Below, one piece after another: positions 1 through 9,870 of a stretch of 64,000 nucleotides of DNA (position 1 is its first letter; every line of letters starts with the position of its first letter). The position numbers and the translations under genes are program-made. The notes under the pieces were generated by a model. It was not told where the DNA came from and ran no database searches. It worked only from the letters and a program-made list of their open reading frames with translations. The stretch comes from Phycisphaeraceae bacterium (lineage in GTDB: Bacteria; Planctomycetota; Phycisphaerae; Phycisphaerales; Phycisphaeraceae), in contig OY771506.1 in the NCBI GenBank assembly GCA_963674705.1, forward strand, positions 1,120,001-1,184,000, in the 5' to 3' direction.

Positions 1-2
1 TG

Positions 3-251
3 TACCGCAACCTCGACAACCGCGTCGAATGCATCGCCCCGATCTACGACCCCATACTGCAAGGCAGGCTCAAACAGATCCTGGAGATCGTGCTCAACGA
101 TCAACGCCAGGCATGGGATATGCAGTCAGACGGTATCTACGTCCAACGCCAACCCGACCCGGACAATCCCGATTCGGCGATCGGTACACATCAGCGATTG
201 ATGGACCTGGCCCGTGAAGAAACGTCCACCCCCGCGCCCGACGCGGATTAA
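3..251 (+). CDS. ppk1: Polyphosphate kinase 1, C-terminal end (5'-truncated by window edge)
   Basis: Frame 3 reads YRNLDNRVECIAPIYDP...LNDQRQAWDMQSDGIY, stop TAA 249-251. This matches the PPK1 C-terminal 'MxRNLDRRVE' motif. Not in the ORF track. Confidence 0.88.
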   Translation, partial: YRNLDNRVECIAPIYDPILQGRLKQILEIVLNDQRQAWDMQSDGIYVQRQPDPDNPDSAIGTHQRLMDLAREETSTPAPDAD

Positions 252-497
252 CACGCGTAGCAACGCTAACTTCAACTCCATAAACGGGCTACGCACAAGA
301 TGGTCGGCACGTTCCGTTTCAATCATCTTAATTTGATACGCGATGAATACCGCAAATTTTGTCCGATAACGCTTGAACTTTTGCGCTGTTGAGATTACAT
401 TCGCTAACGCATATCAACGTGGGGGTGGGTTAATCGTTCGTCCCCCTCGGGTATCACTTCGGTTGATTCAAATCTCAAGTGGGAAGGAATACACATC

Positions 498-1391
498 ATG
501 AAACGATTGCTCTTAATCACGGCGGTGATTGCTGCGCTGTTTTCATCACAGGTGTTTGCGCTGACCATGAGCCTTCAAAGCGATAACCGCAGCATCAGTG
601 CCGATGCGATGACAACACAGGGAAGCGACTCTGATAGCGATGCCCCGGGCACAGCTTTCAGCGACTTTAACAACACCGTGGACGCCAGAGTTCCGGACCT
701 GGTTCCGATCCGACTTACAGAGCAACTCAACGGCCTACATGATCCCACCGCTTACGCCGAGGCTTACCAGGGTTCGACGATCGATGCTTATTCAATTACC
801 GGTAGCGGCTACGCCTACTCGAACGGTTCAAATGGTTTACCCGTCCCCAGCATCACAAGGTTGTTGACTACCGGTGACGCCCAGGGTGAATCACTCGAAT
901 TCGAAGCCGAAGCCAGCAGCATTCTGGAAGTGATCTTCTCCATCGATGAGGCGGCGGAATTCAGCTTACAGGGATTCATCTCCGCCGGCGTGCATATTGT
1001 GCTGCTGGATGCGCTTTCCAATGATTCGATGAACCAAACCAGTGTTTTGCTATATAACAACACAGCCGATACCACGGAATTCGAGACCACCATCAATCAG
1101 GGTACCAGCAGCCTTGATGAATCGGGCATCATCGGTCCCGGTACATACACGTTCAATGTCCAATCCTACGCCAAAGTATACGGTGAGAATATTGGTATCC
1201 CCATCGAACTGGCGGGCGATGCTCAAGATGAATTTCCGATCGATAGTTATTACTCAAACGCTGGATACGAACAAATTTCGCTCTCTCTATCGTCGACCGA
1301 ACAACCGATCCCCGAACCCCTGACCACGACGCTCGCCTGCCTCGGTCTTGGCGCACTCATCTTCAAAACATCACGCAGACATCACGTCTGA
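498..1391 (+). CDS. PEP-CTERM sorting domain protein
   Basis: N-terminal signal peptide; C-terminal IPEP + hydrophobic helix + basic tail (KTSRRHHV); SD-like AAGGA upstream. Confidence 0.85.
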   Translation: MKRLLLITAVIAALFSSQVFALTMSLQSDNRSISADAMTTQGSDSDSDAPGTAFSDFNNTVDARVPDLVPIRLTEQLNGLHDPTAYAEAYQGSTIDAYSITGSGYAYSNGSNGLPVPSITRLLTTGDAQGESLEFEAEASSILEVIFSIDEAAEFSLQGFISAGVHIVLLDALSNDSMNQTSVLLYNNTADTTEFETTINQGTSSLDESGIIGPGTYTFNVQSYAKVYGENIGIPIELAGDAQDEFPIDSYYSNAGYEQISLSLSSTEQPIPEPLTTTLACLGLGALIFKTSRRHHV

Positions 1392-1417
1392 TATGCACAG
1401 CCTAGAATAGCAACGAC

Positions 1418-1454
1418 AAGACCCGCAGCCTTCGCGTTGCGGGTTTTTCATTTT
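1418..1454 (+). terminator. Rho-independent terminator between convergent genes
   Basis: AAGACCCGCAGC-loop-GTTGCGGGTTTT hairpin followed by a T-rich tract. Confidence 0.75.
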
Positions 1455-1456
1455 GG

Positions 1457-2023
1457 CTATTCAACGGACTCGCAGGTGTAGCGCTTCACCTGCACATCGC
1501 TCGGCCATGCATCCGGATGCAGACCCGCCTTGACCTTGAGTTGCGAAAGAAAATCCTTTGGTTCGGGCAGGCTCTCCCATACAGCCGGCAGAAATGTCCC
1601 ACGACAACGCCCCGTCTCTAAAACAAGACCGTCCACCCCCGGATCCAGTTGGTTCAGCAAATCCTCCTCGTCGCTGAACGTCATCGGCTCGGGAATACTC
1701 AGCACGGAAATATGGATCGAAAGCTCCCGGCTTTCCAGATTGCTGACAGGCCTGAACCGTGGATCCTGAAACGCAGCGGCGTAGGCATTGCGTGACACGC
1801 TGCAAACCAACGGCCCATCAGGCTCAAGTCTGCCGATGCATCCACGCAACTGTCCCTGTAATCGCAGCGTCACAAAACATGCGCGTGGTTCAATTAATAA
1901 ACCGGAGAATCTCCCCGGGTTCACATCCAGCGACCGGTGACGCACCAGGCCGTGGCTGATCGATGTCCGCGCGATCTCGAGCAGCGTTGAACGTTCCTGC
2001 GAATTGAATCTGGGATGCGTCAT
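1457..2023 (-). CDS. amrA: AmmeMemoRadiSam system protein A (AMMECR1 family)
   Basis: CFVTL..LRGCIG, AAFQDPRF, ISVLS, TFLPAVW, LKVKAG motifs. Confidence 0.93.
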   Translation of the reverse strand: MTHPRFNSQERSTLLEIARTSISHGLVRHRSLDVNPGRFSGLLIEPRACFVTLRLQGQLRGCIGRLEPDGPLVCSVSRNAYAAAFQDPRFRPVSNLESRELSIHISVLSIPEPMTFSDEEDLLNQLDPGVDGLVLETGRCRGTFLPAVWESLPEPKDFLSQLKVKAGLHPDAWPSDVQVKRYTCESVE

Positions 2024-2039
2024 AACAGATCAATCAAAA

Positions 2040-2879
2040 TTAATAAATCGCAAATGCCCCGTACCCCACCACACGATCGCGCGGCCCGGCGGTATCACCC
2101 GAGTTACGCAAATCCAGCTCTGTTACACGCAAACCACGACTATTTACACAACTCAATAAACCACGGATCGCGGTATGCCCGCATGCGCGACTCGATGTTA
2201 TCACATCACCACGCCCGGCAAGTATCGCGTCCGCAGTTTCACGATCAAGCCGGCGGGCCGATTCGTAATCGTGGTAATGCGACAAGTCACTGGAAACGAC
2301 GATCAGCGTCTGCGGCTCATCCAGAAACGGGTCTAACACATCAGCCGTGTGGTCGTACGACACGTCACCAAACAACAACGGCACGAGCGAAAAATCGATC
2401 CCGCTATTCCTATCGACTAAACAATGAATCAGAAACGGCAGATGCACCTCCAACCCATGCTCGGGCGCGTGTGCTTCATCATGAATATTGACTTTTTGTG
2501 AATCAACCAGCTTCTGCACGCACTGGGTGTCGACCGCGATATTGCCCAACGGCGTTTCAAAAACATCCGCACCTGAAACAGCGAGACCGGAAAACGCCAC
2601 GTAATGAGCCGGCCCGATCAATACAACACGTCGGATTTTGCCTCGTAAATCCACCACGCATCGGTACGCCGAACCCGCGATCGGGGCGCTGTAGATATAC
2701 CCCGCATGCGGAGCAATGATTGCTTTTAGGGGTCGATCAAAATCCGGCCCCGGCCTATCCGGATGAACGTATTGATCCACATCACGCTGTAAAACAACCG
2801 GGTCAGACGGGTAGAACCGTCCTGCCACGGCACAGGGACGTGTTTGCTTGGGCCTGTCGATCGCGTCTCGCAAAGGCAT
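2040..2879 (-). CDS. amrB: AmmeMemoRadiSam system protein B (MEMO1 family)
   Basis: AVAGRFYP, PHAGYIYS, EHGLEVHLPF, SSDLSHY, NSGD..VVGY motifs. Confidence 0.93.
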   Translation of the reverse strand: MPLRDAIDRPKQTRPCAVAGRFYPSDPVVLQRDVDQYVHPDRPGPDFDRPLKAIIAPHAGYIYSAPIAGSAYRCVVDLRGKIRRVVLIGPAHYVAFSGLAVSGADVFETPLGNIAVDTQCVQKLVDSQKVNIHDEAHAPEHGLEVHLPFLIHCLVDRNSGIDFSLVPLLFGDVSYDHTADVLDPFLDEPQTLIVVSSDLSHYHDYESARRLDRETADAILAGRGDVITSSRACGHTAIRGLLSCVNSRGLRVTELDLRNSGDTAGPRDRVVGYGAFAIY

Positions 2880-2955
2880 GAGGCTCCCCTCATGGGTCGA
2901 TCTGATCCACAGGTCATTCTAGTCTGCCGGGTTGTCTCGTAAAGCCCGCCTGCGA

Positions 2956-3936
2956 TTATGCAGATTCAGATCGGCCCTCATGCTTCATGATGTAAAGCCG
3001 TTGATCCGCTAACCGCATCAGGTCACAGGAATTGTCGGGTTTATCCGCTAACAGCGAAGCCACGCCGTAGGACACGTCCAGCATCTGGGAATTGGGGAAC
3101 ATTGTGTGAGCCTGCCGCGTGAAGAGCTTGCGGATGTGCTCCGCCGCCTGCCTGGCCCGGTCCGAATCAGAGCCCGGCATGAACACCACGAACTCATCCC
3201 CGCCCAGACGGACCGCGATGTCATCGTGCCGGCAGGTCGCCCGGATCAGCCCGCCTAAAAAGACCAGCAGATGGTCCCCCGCTTCATGACCGAGCGTGTC
3301 GTTGACTTGCTTAAACTTGTCCAGGTCCAGCATCACGCAGGACAGGTCTGTATTCGATTCTTTTGATGAATCGAACAATGGCTCCACCTGCTCGTCCAGG
3401 AACCGCCGGTTGCCCAGGTTCGTCAGTGCATCACGCATGACCAGCCGGCTCAGTTCGATCGTCGCCCGACGCGTCGCTTTGACGACGCGCTGATCCAGCG
3501 TCCGCCGAAGCGCAGACGTTTCCATGTGGGAACGCGAGACGTTCACACCCATCGTGTGTACTGCCTTGGCGATCCGGCCGACCTCATCACGACGCCCGAC
3601 CGGCAGTTGGCGTAAGGCACTGGTCAGACCCGTGCGCGAAATACGCTCTGCTTGTTCTGCCAGATGCTGAATCGGATGAACTATCCACCACAGGCAGACC
3701 CACCACAACACGCACAGCACGATCAATGAACAGCCTACGATATGCCAGTACAAATCAACAGAGCGTTCGGCATACACCCCCAATCCGATGCCCGCCACGC
3801 ACGCCACTGTCACCAGAAGCCACATCTTCTGCAGCATCGGCGGGTGCTTGCTCACCGGTTCAAGGGCCGATCGACTTGGGGTCGGTGTATCCACTGCTTG
3901 CGCAGCGGGAGCGTCGGTTTGTGAGAGTGTGGTCAC
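2956..3936 (-). CDS. Membrane diguanylate cyclase (2 TM, HAMP, GGDEF)
   Basis: Two TM segments, HAMP-like 'RRDEVGRIA', DALTNLGNRR, RxxD I-site (RHDD) and intact RLGGDEF. Confidence 0.9.
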   Translation of the reverse strand: MTTLSQTDAPAAQAVDTPTPSRSALEPVSKHPPMLQKMWLLVTVACVAGIGLGVYAERSVDLYWHIVGCSLIVLCVLWWVCLWWIVHPIQHLAEQAERISRTGLTSALRQLPVGRRDEVGRIAKAVHTMGVNVSRSHMETSALRRTLDQRVVKATRRATIELSRLVMRDALTNLGNRRFLDEQVEPLFDSSKESNTDLSCVMLDLDKFKQVNDTLGHEAGDHLLVFLGGLIRATCRHDDIAVRLGGDEFVVFMPGSDSDRARQAAEHIRKLFTRQAHTMFPNSQMLDVSYGVASLLADKPDNSCDLMRLADQRLYIMKHEGRSESA

Positions 3937-4089
3937 ATCCGGTTAATCGGCAATCATCAGGCAGCGATTTATACACCACCGCGAATCAACACCACCGCCG
4001 CCCGATTTACTGACAACGACCGACCAGGCCGCCTCATTATCGGTCGGTGTCGAGATTGCATTGATCGGTTTTAATAACTTGCACCGGGA

Positions 4090-4959
4090 TCATGCAAACG
4101 GCGCACGATTCACATCGGCCGGCAGATCGATCGGTTCGATCGCTGTCGCGAGCCGGGTCTTGATGTCAATATTAATCACCACGCCCTGCACGCGCGGATT
4201 GGCTTCCGCGACATCAAACGGATGCGGCATGTTCGTCGTCATGTGCGCGACCACGCGATCCGCCCGTCGACCTAATACAGAATCATGCGGGCCGGTCATC
4301 CCCAGATCACTGATATAAGCGGTGCCGCCGCGTCCGATGCGTGGTGTGCCGAAACCTTCAACCTGGTCCGGCAAAATACGATAGTCCGCTGTCGGCGTAT
4401 GCGTGTGTGTCCCGACGACCGCCGTCACGCGCCCGTTCAGGTGCCAGCCCATCGCGATCTTCTCGCTCGTTGCCTCGGCATGTACCTCGACGATCACGAT
4501 CGGGTTTTTTTCGGGTAACTCTTCCAGAATCCGGTCGACCGTAGCAAATGGATCGTTAGCCGGCATGCTCATGAAGATCCGCCCCAATACGGTGACCACG
4601 TACACATTCGGCCCCGCCGCCCCGTTTTCACCCAGCTTCGTCGGCAGACACATGAAACGCTTCCCCGCCGCACCCCCCGAGAGATTGGCTGGACGACAGA
4701 TATTGCCTTCTCGTTCCAGCGTCTGGACGATCTGTTTCTTCTTATAGACGTGATCGCCCAGCGTCATCGCGTCGATCCCGCGCGAGCAGAGTTTTTTATA
4801 AAGTTCGGGTGTCAGCCCCGAGCCGTTCGAGGCATTTTCCGCGTTGGCGATTACCAGGTCGGGGTTCCACTTCTCGCGGATGATGGGAACAAGTTGAGAT
4901 ACCGCCTTGCAGCCGGGGCCGCCCACGATATCACCGAGAAATACCAGACGTAAGCTCAT
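4090..4959 (-). CDS. ymdB: YmdB-family (TIGR00282) metallophosphoesterase
   Basis: FLGDIVG, NAEN, TLGDH, HAEATSEK, GTHTH, DLGMTGP motifs. Confidence 0.92.
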   Translation of the reverse strand: MSLRLVFLGDIVGGPGCKAVSQLVPIIREKWNPDLVIANAENASNGSGLTPELYKKLCSRGIDAMTLGDHVYKKKQIVQTLEREGNICRPANLSGGAAGKRFMCLPTKLGENGAAGPNVYVVTVLGRIFMSMPANDPFATVDRILEELPEKNPIVIVEVHAEATSEKIAMGWHLNGRVTAVVGTHTHTPTADYRILPDQVEGFGTPRIGRGGTAYISDLGMTGPHDSVLGRRADRVVAHMTTNMPHPFDVAEANPRVQGVVINIDIKTRLATAIEPIDLPADVNRAPFA

Positions 4960-5053
4960 CCCGCCGAGGGTAGTGCTTTCCGCCCTCCCGGTCTAGCCGA
5001 TCCAACCCGCCGCATTGACCCGCCGCGTCTATCAGCCGATACTAACTACGCTT

Positions 5054-5548
5054 ATGCGCTGCCCCTACTGCCACGATAACGACGATAAGGTCATCGACTC
5101 ACGCTCAAGTGAGGGCGGCAAGGCCATCCGCCGCCGTCGCCAGTGCAACGCCTGCGGCAAACGCTTCACCACCTACGAACACATCGAACGCCAGACCCGC
5201 CTCAATGTCGTCAAACGCGACGGCGCTCGCGTCCCCTACGATCGCGAAAAGATCCTGTCCGGCATCCAGAAGGCCTGCTATAAACGGCCCATCCCTGCCG
5301 AACAACTCATCGACGTCGTCGACGACATCGAGGAAGAACTGTTCCGCTTAGGTCAACGCGAAGTCCCGTCGCTGGATATCGGCAAGCGTGTGGCCGAACA
5401 CCTCAAGCGCATCGACCAGGTCGCCTATGTCCGCTTCGCCAGCGTGTACATGCGCGTCCACAATATCGACGATCTGCTCGAAGAGGTCCGCGAAGTTAAA
5501 GAAACCCACCAACCCCCTTCCCCCAAAGAGCAGGGCAACCTGTTCTAA
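5054..5548 (+). CDS. nrdR: Transcriptional repressor NrdR
   Basis: MRCPYC..VIDSR..IRRRRQC..CGKRFTTYE, ATP-cone, DQVAYVRFASVY; true start taken as ATG 5054. Confidence 0.96.
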   Translation: MRCPYCHDNDDKVIDSRSSEGGKAIRRRRQCNACGKRFTTYEHIERQTRLNVVKRDGARVPYDREKILSGIQKACYKRPIPAEQLIDVVDDIEEELFRLGQREVPSLDIGKRVAEHLKRIDQVAYVRFASVYMRVHNIDDLLEEVREVKETHQPPSPKEQGNLF

Positions 5549-5629
5549 AATCTAGAAAGCTAGAAATCTGGAAATTGAATCCAGCCGATTATTTCCATAT
5601 TTCCAGCTTTCCAGTTTTCCAGTTTTTCC
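5548..5629. repeat. Inverted pair of degenerate 8-nt periodic tracts (AAATCTAG-like / TTTCCAGT-like)
   Basis: aaatctag aaagctag aaatctgg at 5548-5571; tttccata tttccagc tttccagt tttccagt at 5592-5623, the latter inside the modB 3' end. Confidence 0.6.
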
Positions 5630-6287
5630 CCACACTCATCACCCGGCTCAACACCAGCGCCGCAAATGCCAGCGCTATCGCCACGCATACCAACCCCACC
5701 GTCTGAGCTTCCGCTCCCGGCTGGCTCAGCGACGAGAAGATCGCCAGCGGTAACGTCCGCGTTTGTCCCTGGATGTTGCCGGCGATAATGATCGTGGCAC
5801 CAAACTCACCCAACGCTCTCGCAAACGCCAGCGCACAACCAGCTGCCACACCATGCCAGGCCAGCGGCAGCGTTATCATCCAGAACACGCTCCAGCGCGA
5901 CGCCCCCTCCGTTTGCGCCGCTTTTTCCAGCTCATGATCCACCGCCTCAAAGGCAACCCGTAATGCAAGCACCAGAAACGGCAGCGCAATCACCGACTGT
6001 GCGATCGCCGCGCCGAACCAGGTAAACGCGATCCGGATACCCACTGCTTCCAGTACGGGCCCCAGCACCCCCCGCCGACCAAACACGATCAGCAGCAGAT
6101 ACCCCGTCACCACCGGCGGAATGACCACCGGCAGCATCACCCCCATCTCGACCAATGCCTTGCCCACAAACTGCCGCCGCGCCAGCCACAGCGCAATCAG
6201 CGTCGCCGGCACGATGCACAACAGCACCGCCGCCGTCGCACATAGCAGCGACAACCCAACCGCCTGAATCACCGGGCCCATCTCCAT
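5589..6287 (-). CDS. modB: Molybdate ABC transporter permease
   Basis: LPVVIPPVVTGYLLL, EAA-like loop, FARALGEFGAT, AGNI..TRTLPLAI. Confidence 0.92.
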   Translation of the reverse strand: MEMGPVIQAVGLSLLCATAAVLLCIVPATLIALWLARRQFVGKALVEMGVMLPVVIPPVVTGYLLLIVFGRRGVLGPVLEAVGIRIAFTWFGAAIAQSVIALPFLVLALRVAFEAVDHELEKAAQTEGASRWSVFWMITLPLAWHGVAAGCALAFARALGEFGATIIIAGNIQGQTRTLPLAIFSSLSQPGAEAQTVGLVCVAIALAFAALVLSRVMSVGKNWKTGKLEIWK

Positions 6288-6600
6288 CCCCTTAGCGTAT
6301 CAAGCAACCCGCATAACCGGATGCATCAAGCACAGAAACATCAACACACCCCGCCATCTGATACGCCTAAGTCCTTGGCCACACTCAACTGAACCACACG
6401 TGCGACGAATATAAACCGATGATTTACACCGATTAACAAAATAAATAATTCTTGGATTCGCCCGATCTGTACGATATGATTACCGATAGTTAACGTTAAC
6501 CCGTCGGCCTCTTCCTATCCGCCGTCGACGGGCAAAGTCTTTTAGCACAAGGGCGGGCCCACCAAGGCCCAGACAGACATTCAGTTTTGGAGGAACACTC

Positions 6601-7032
6601 ATGGCCACGGTTAGTGACGTGCTCAAACACAAAGGCTCCCAGGTCTTTTCCATCGGTCCCGACGCCAGCGTCCTCGATGCCGCGCTACTCATGAACGAAC
6701 ACCGCATCGGTGGCCTGGTCGTACTACACAACAGCAAAGTCGATGGCATCATCACCGAACGCGACGTTCTCCGCCGCGTTGTTGCTCAACGCAAAGACCC
6801 CGCCTCCGTCCGAGTCAAGGAGGTCATGACCACCGACGTCTTCGTCTGTAAAAAAGACGCCACCACCGACGAGGCCCGCGTCATCTTCAACACCAAACGC
6901 ATCCGCCACCTGCCCGTTGTCGACGACCACGGCCAACTCCACGGCATGATCTCCATCGGCGACATCAACGGCTGGAAACTCAACGGCCAGGAAGCAACGA
7001 TCCATTACCTCAAAGAGTATTTGTACGGCTGA
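6601..7032 (+). CDS. CBS domain pair protein
   Basis: Two CBS motifs (GIITERD, IRHLPVVD..GMISIGD); SD GGAGG upstream. Confidence 0.92.
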   Translation: MATVSDVLKHKGSQVFSIGPDASVLDAALLMNEHRIGGLVVLHNSKVDGIITERDVLRRVVAQRKDPASVRVKEVMTTDVFVCKKDATTDEARVIFNTKRIRHLPVVDDHGQLHGMISIGDINGWKLNGQEATIHYLKEYLYG

Positions 7033-7089
7033 TCTGCACGTTTAGCGGCGGATCGAAGATCCGCGCGTTTCCAATTGACATCGCACAGC

Positions 7090-7197
7090 GCTCGGCGCGG
7101 GTCTCCCGACCCCGCCGATTTTTTTCGACCGCAGGTCTCAAACCATGGAGACCTTCGATCAAGACACTACGATAAGGTCAATATGACCCGCGCCAAG
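7090..7197. repeat. REP-like repeat family A, with degenerate inverted partner
   Basis: GCTCGGCGCGGGTCTCCCGACCCCGCCG..GACCGCAGGTCTC, then inverse remnants GGAGACCTTCGATC and GACCCGCGCC; other copies at 7912 and 11669. Confidence 0.8.
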
Positions 7198-7226
7198 TAC
7201 AGAGCTTCCGGCTATGATTAATAGTC

Positions 7227-7889
7227 ATGTTCTGCCGCAAGTGTGGGTATAATCTTGAGTACATTCAATCAGACAATTGCCCAGAGTGCGGCGAGCCGTT
7301 TGATGCAAGCAATGCAGTTACGTATTGCTCATCACCAAATAGTTTGAAGTACAGGCGTTGGGCTAAATTCGCCATCACACTAGGCGTTTTAACCTTCACG
7401 CTTTTAATTCTTGCACCATTACTCCTGTGGAACTCTGAAAAGCTTCGTTTTCATTATGCGTCGTTATCATTGAAAGACGCATCCATAGCCAATTTGTACG
7501 GTTATGCGGATGGTCCGTATGACATGGTGTTCAATGTGGTATCAATAGACTTGGATGTTCACGGAAAAGGGCAGATGCACTTCTCTTGTGACAGACCGGA
7601 CGAGTTTTGGTCGGCGAAGGAAGTAAAGCTCAAAGGTATAGGCCCATACGCTGTATCCGACATCAGTGATGAACTCTTAGTGAATGGTATGTTGTCGGAA
7701 TACCAAAAGAGAGTGCTGGCGCATAGTGGACCCGATGCGATCGGGCCTCTAAATATCGCTGCTGGTGCGGAAGCTTCCGGTTTATCTTCTGCACCAATCA
7801 ACAGCATTCAAGATGCTGTCAACCAATACGACGACATTCTTAACCACATTGAGGAAATGATCGCAAGCAACAGAGATCACAAGAAGTGA
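7227..7889 (+). CDS. Zn-ribbon (CxxCGYNL..CPECG) membrane-anchored hypothetical protein
   Basis: MFCRKCGYNLEYIQSDNCPECG, one TM, unique C-terminal domain; AT-richer than neighbours. Confidence 0.75.
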   Translation: MFCRKCGYNLEYIQSDNCPECGEPFDASNAVTYCSSPNSLKYRRWAKFAITLGVLTFTLLILAPLLLWNSEKLRFHYASLSLKDASIANLYGYADGPYDMVFNVVSIDLDVHGKGQMHFSCDRPDEFWSAKEVKLKGIGPYAVSDISDELLVNGMLSEYQKRVLAHSGPDAIGPLNIAAGAEASGLSSAPINSIQDAVNQYDDILNHIEEMIASNRDHKK

Positions 7890-7911
7890 TAACGTTAAAC
7901 TTCTCATCTGT

Positions 7912-7967
7912 GCTCGGCGCGGGTCTCCCGACCCCGCCGTTATTTTTAGACCGCAGGTCTCAAACCA
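7912..7967. repeat. REP-like repeat family A
   Basis: Near-identical direct copy of 7090-7145 (GCTCGGCGCGGGTCTCCCGACCCCGCCG..GACCGCAGGTCTCAAACCA). Confidence 0.85.
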
Positions 7968-7969
7968 CG

Positions 7970-8443
7970 TCAATGTTTAGATGAATCATTCGAGTCGAAG
8001 ACATTGATATACGTTCGCTTTCCGCTGTCGTATAGGTACACCCGTACGAATGCTCCGCGGCTTAATATTTCATCATGTTTTTCATGATGAATATTGATGA
8101 TCCCCGAAATCACAACATCCTTGAATCCATCATCATTAATATCCTTGAAGGCTATGTCCGCTAAAGAGCCTTCAAAGGTTTGGCCGTCATCGTGCTCATC
8201 ATAGACCTTGCCGAGCGATACTTCGCCCACGGACAAAAAACCGTTGCCTTTTGCTGTTACTTCAATCGTTGCCGGGAGCGTAAGGTTCGGGCCAACGTTA
8301 ATGGTTTTGGACCACACCAGCTCACCCGGCATCTGGTTCGGGTCGGGTTGCAGGTCGACTTCGGGGGTGATGTATTGGCCGCTGCAAGTGATCGCAAGTA
8401 TGACAAGCATGCACGACGTGCCGATGCATGAACCCGGTTTCAT
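7970..8443 (-). CDS. Hypothetical exported protein
   Basis: Likely start MKPGSC at 8443 (the upstream extension is a heptamer repeat); hydrophobic N-terminus; DxNDDGxKD Ca-binding-like loop; AT-rich. Confidence 0.6.
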   Translation of the reverse strand: MKPGSCIGTSCMLVILAITCSGQYITPEVDLQPDPNQMPGELVWSKTINVGPNLTLPATIEVTAKGNGFLSVGEVSLGKVYDEHDDGQTFEGSLADIAFKDINDDGFKDVVISGIINIHHEKHDEILSRGAFVRVYLYDSGKRTYINVFDSNDSSKH

Positions 8444-8467
8444 CCTGAATCCCCTAAATAGAATTGG

Positions 8468-8516
8468 CCATCCACCATCCACCATCCACCATCCACCATC
8501 CACCATCCACCATCCA
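8468..8516. repeat. Heptamer tandem repeat (CCATCCA)x7
   Basis: Direct reading of sequence. Confidence 0.95.
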
Positions 8517-8520
8517 CACA

Positions 8521-9870
8521 TTACCTCGCCGCGTGCGGATTCCGTTTGATCTTCCGCTTCACTTCATCCTTCAGCTTCTGGATCACCGATTCCTTGTCGG
8601 TGTTGGCGATGATGTCGGCGACGACGGCCTTCGGGCTCTTGCCGCCCCAGCTTGCACCGTGTTCGAGGTAGAACTTCGCGGCCTGGCCGACAATGTAGGA
8701 GCCGTAACCCGCGGCGGCGCCCTGCACCGGCGCGGTGATGAGTGTGCCCGTGCCGGCGGTCAAACCTTTCAGGAAACTCGCGCCCAGATGTGTTGCGATT
8801 TGTGACAGCGTCACCCAACCGGCCGCGATCATGATCGCTTTGATGAGACTCGCCGCGTTTCGACGTGTCATCTTGATGTCGTAAACCTTACCCAAAGCGA
8901 CGATCTGGCTCGCATCAACAAGCGTTCCGCCGAAGATATCCAGTAGCGGCAGCGGGTTCGCCCCGGTCGCGATCGCTTTGGAGGCCGCATACGTCCAGAT
9001 CAGCCGGTTCGCTGTCCGCTCGCGCATCCGCACCTTCACCGATGCGATCTTGTCGGATTTATCCGAAGCGAACATCGCCGCGTTAAACGCAAGCAAAGAC
9101 TTGCCGTCGCGGCCAAGAATCTCCAGGATCCGTGATGTCAGTTGTTCGGTATCCGGTTTGGGTGAACGCATCTCCGTGCGCGTCGTGCCGTCCGGTTCTT
9201 CGATCACGTATTCGATCTGCTTCGGGTCGGCAGCGGTCACGACCAGGTCTTCCGGCGGCAGCGAATTGGCGAACCGCTCGTCCCGTATCCCGCTAATCAA
9301 CTCTTCCATTTCGTGCGGCGTATATAGATCGCGCTTGTTTAGCACGACCACCACCGGGCGGTTGATCTCGACCAACTGTTTAAGTGATTCGTATTCTGTC
9401 TGATTCAGATCGGAGTCGGTGACGAACAGGATCAGGTCACCGTGCGCCGCCGCATCGCGAGCCAGTTGTGCCCGCGCTTCGCCGCCGACTTCGTTGATGC
9501 CTGGCGTGTCGATCAGCGCAACTTTCGAGTCCGCCAGCCCGGGCACGTGGTAGCCGCACTTATCCCACGCGACCAGCCAGCTCTCGCGCGTCCAGCCGCC
9601 CTCAGCACTGACACTTGCCGCCTCTTCGCCGACCAGTGCATTTATGAGCGCGCTCTTGCCCGTACTGATCTCACCGAACACGACGATGTCGATGCGGCCA
9701 TCACGCAGCTTCTTAAGCATCTGCCGCAACTGGATCGCGTCGCGAGACAGTTCGGATCGCTCCTGTTCGCTGCATCGGCCAAGCTCGGCGATCACGCGCT
9801 GCACCGCATCCACCGCGTCCCGGTAACGCGCATCGATCGCTTCCTGGTTCTGTTCTTCCTTGCCGGTCAT
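8521..9870 (-). CDS. Era-like GTPase with C-terminal DUF697 (YcjF-like) domain
   Basis: G1 GEISTGKS, G3 DTPG, G4 NKRD; C-terminal hydrophobic helices (ANPLPLLD, GAAAGYGSYIVG). Confidence 0.85.
   Translation of the reverse strand: MTGKEEQNQEAIDARYRDAVDAVQRVIAELGRCSEQERSELSRDAIQLRQMLKKLRDGRIDIVVFGEISTGKSALINALVGEEAASVSAEGGWTRESWLVAWDKCGYHVPGLADSKVALIDTPGINEVGGEARAQLARDAAAHGDLILFVTDSDLNQTEYESLKQLVEINRPVVVVLNKRDLYTPHEMEELISGIRDERFANSLPPEDLVVTAADPKQIEYVIEEPDGTTRTEMRSPKPDTEQLTSRILEILGRDGKSLLAFNAAMFASDKSDKIASVKVRMRERTANRLIWTYAASKAIATGANPLPLLDIFGGTLVDASQIVALGKVYDIKMTRRNAASLIKAIMIAAGWVTLSQIATHLGASFLKGLTAGTGTLITAPVQGAAAGYGSYIVGQAAKFYLEHGASWGGKSPKAVVADIIANTDKESVIQKLKDEVKRKIKRNPHAAR

Noticed and set aside
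6520..6600. c-di-GMP-I riboswitch upstream of the CBS gene (GGGCAAAG..)
   Set aside because: No GNRA tetraloop/receptor or second GCAAA element in the correct arrangement
7090..7967. Integron cassette with attC sites
   Set aside because: The repeats lack clear RYYYAAC/GTTRRRY ends, recur elsewhere as inverted pairs, and no integrase is present
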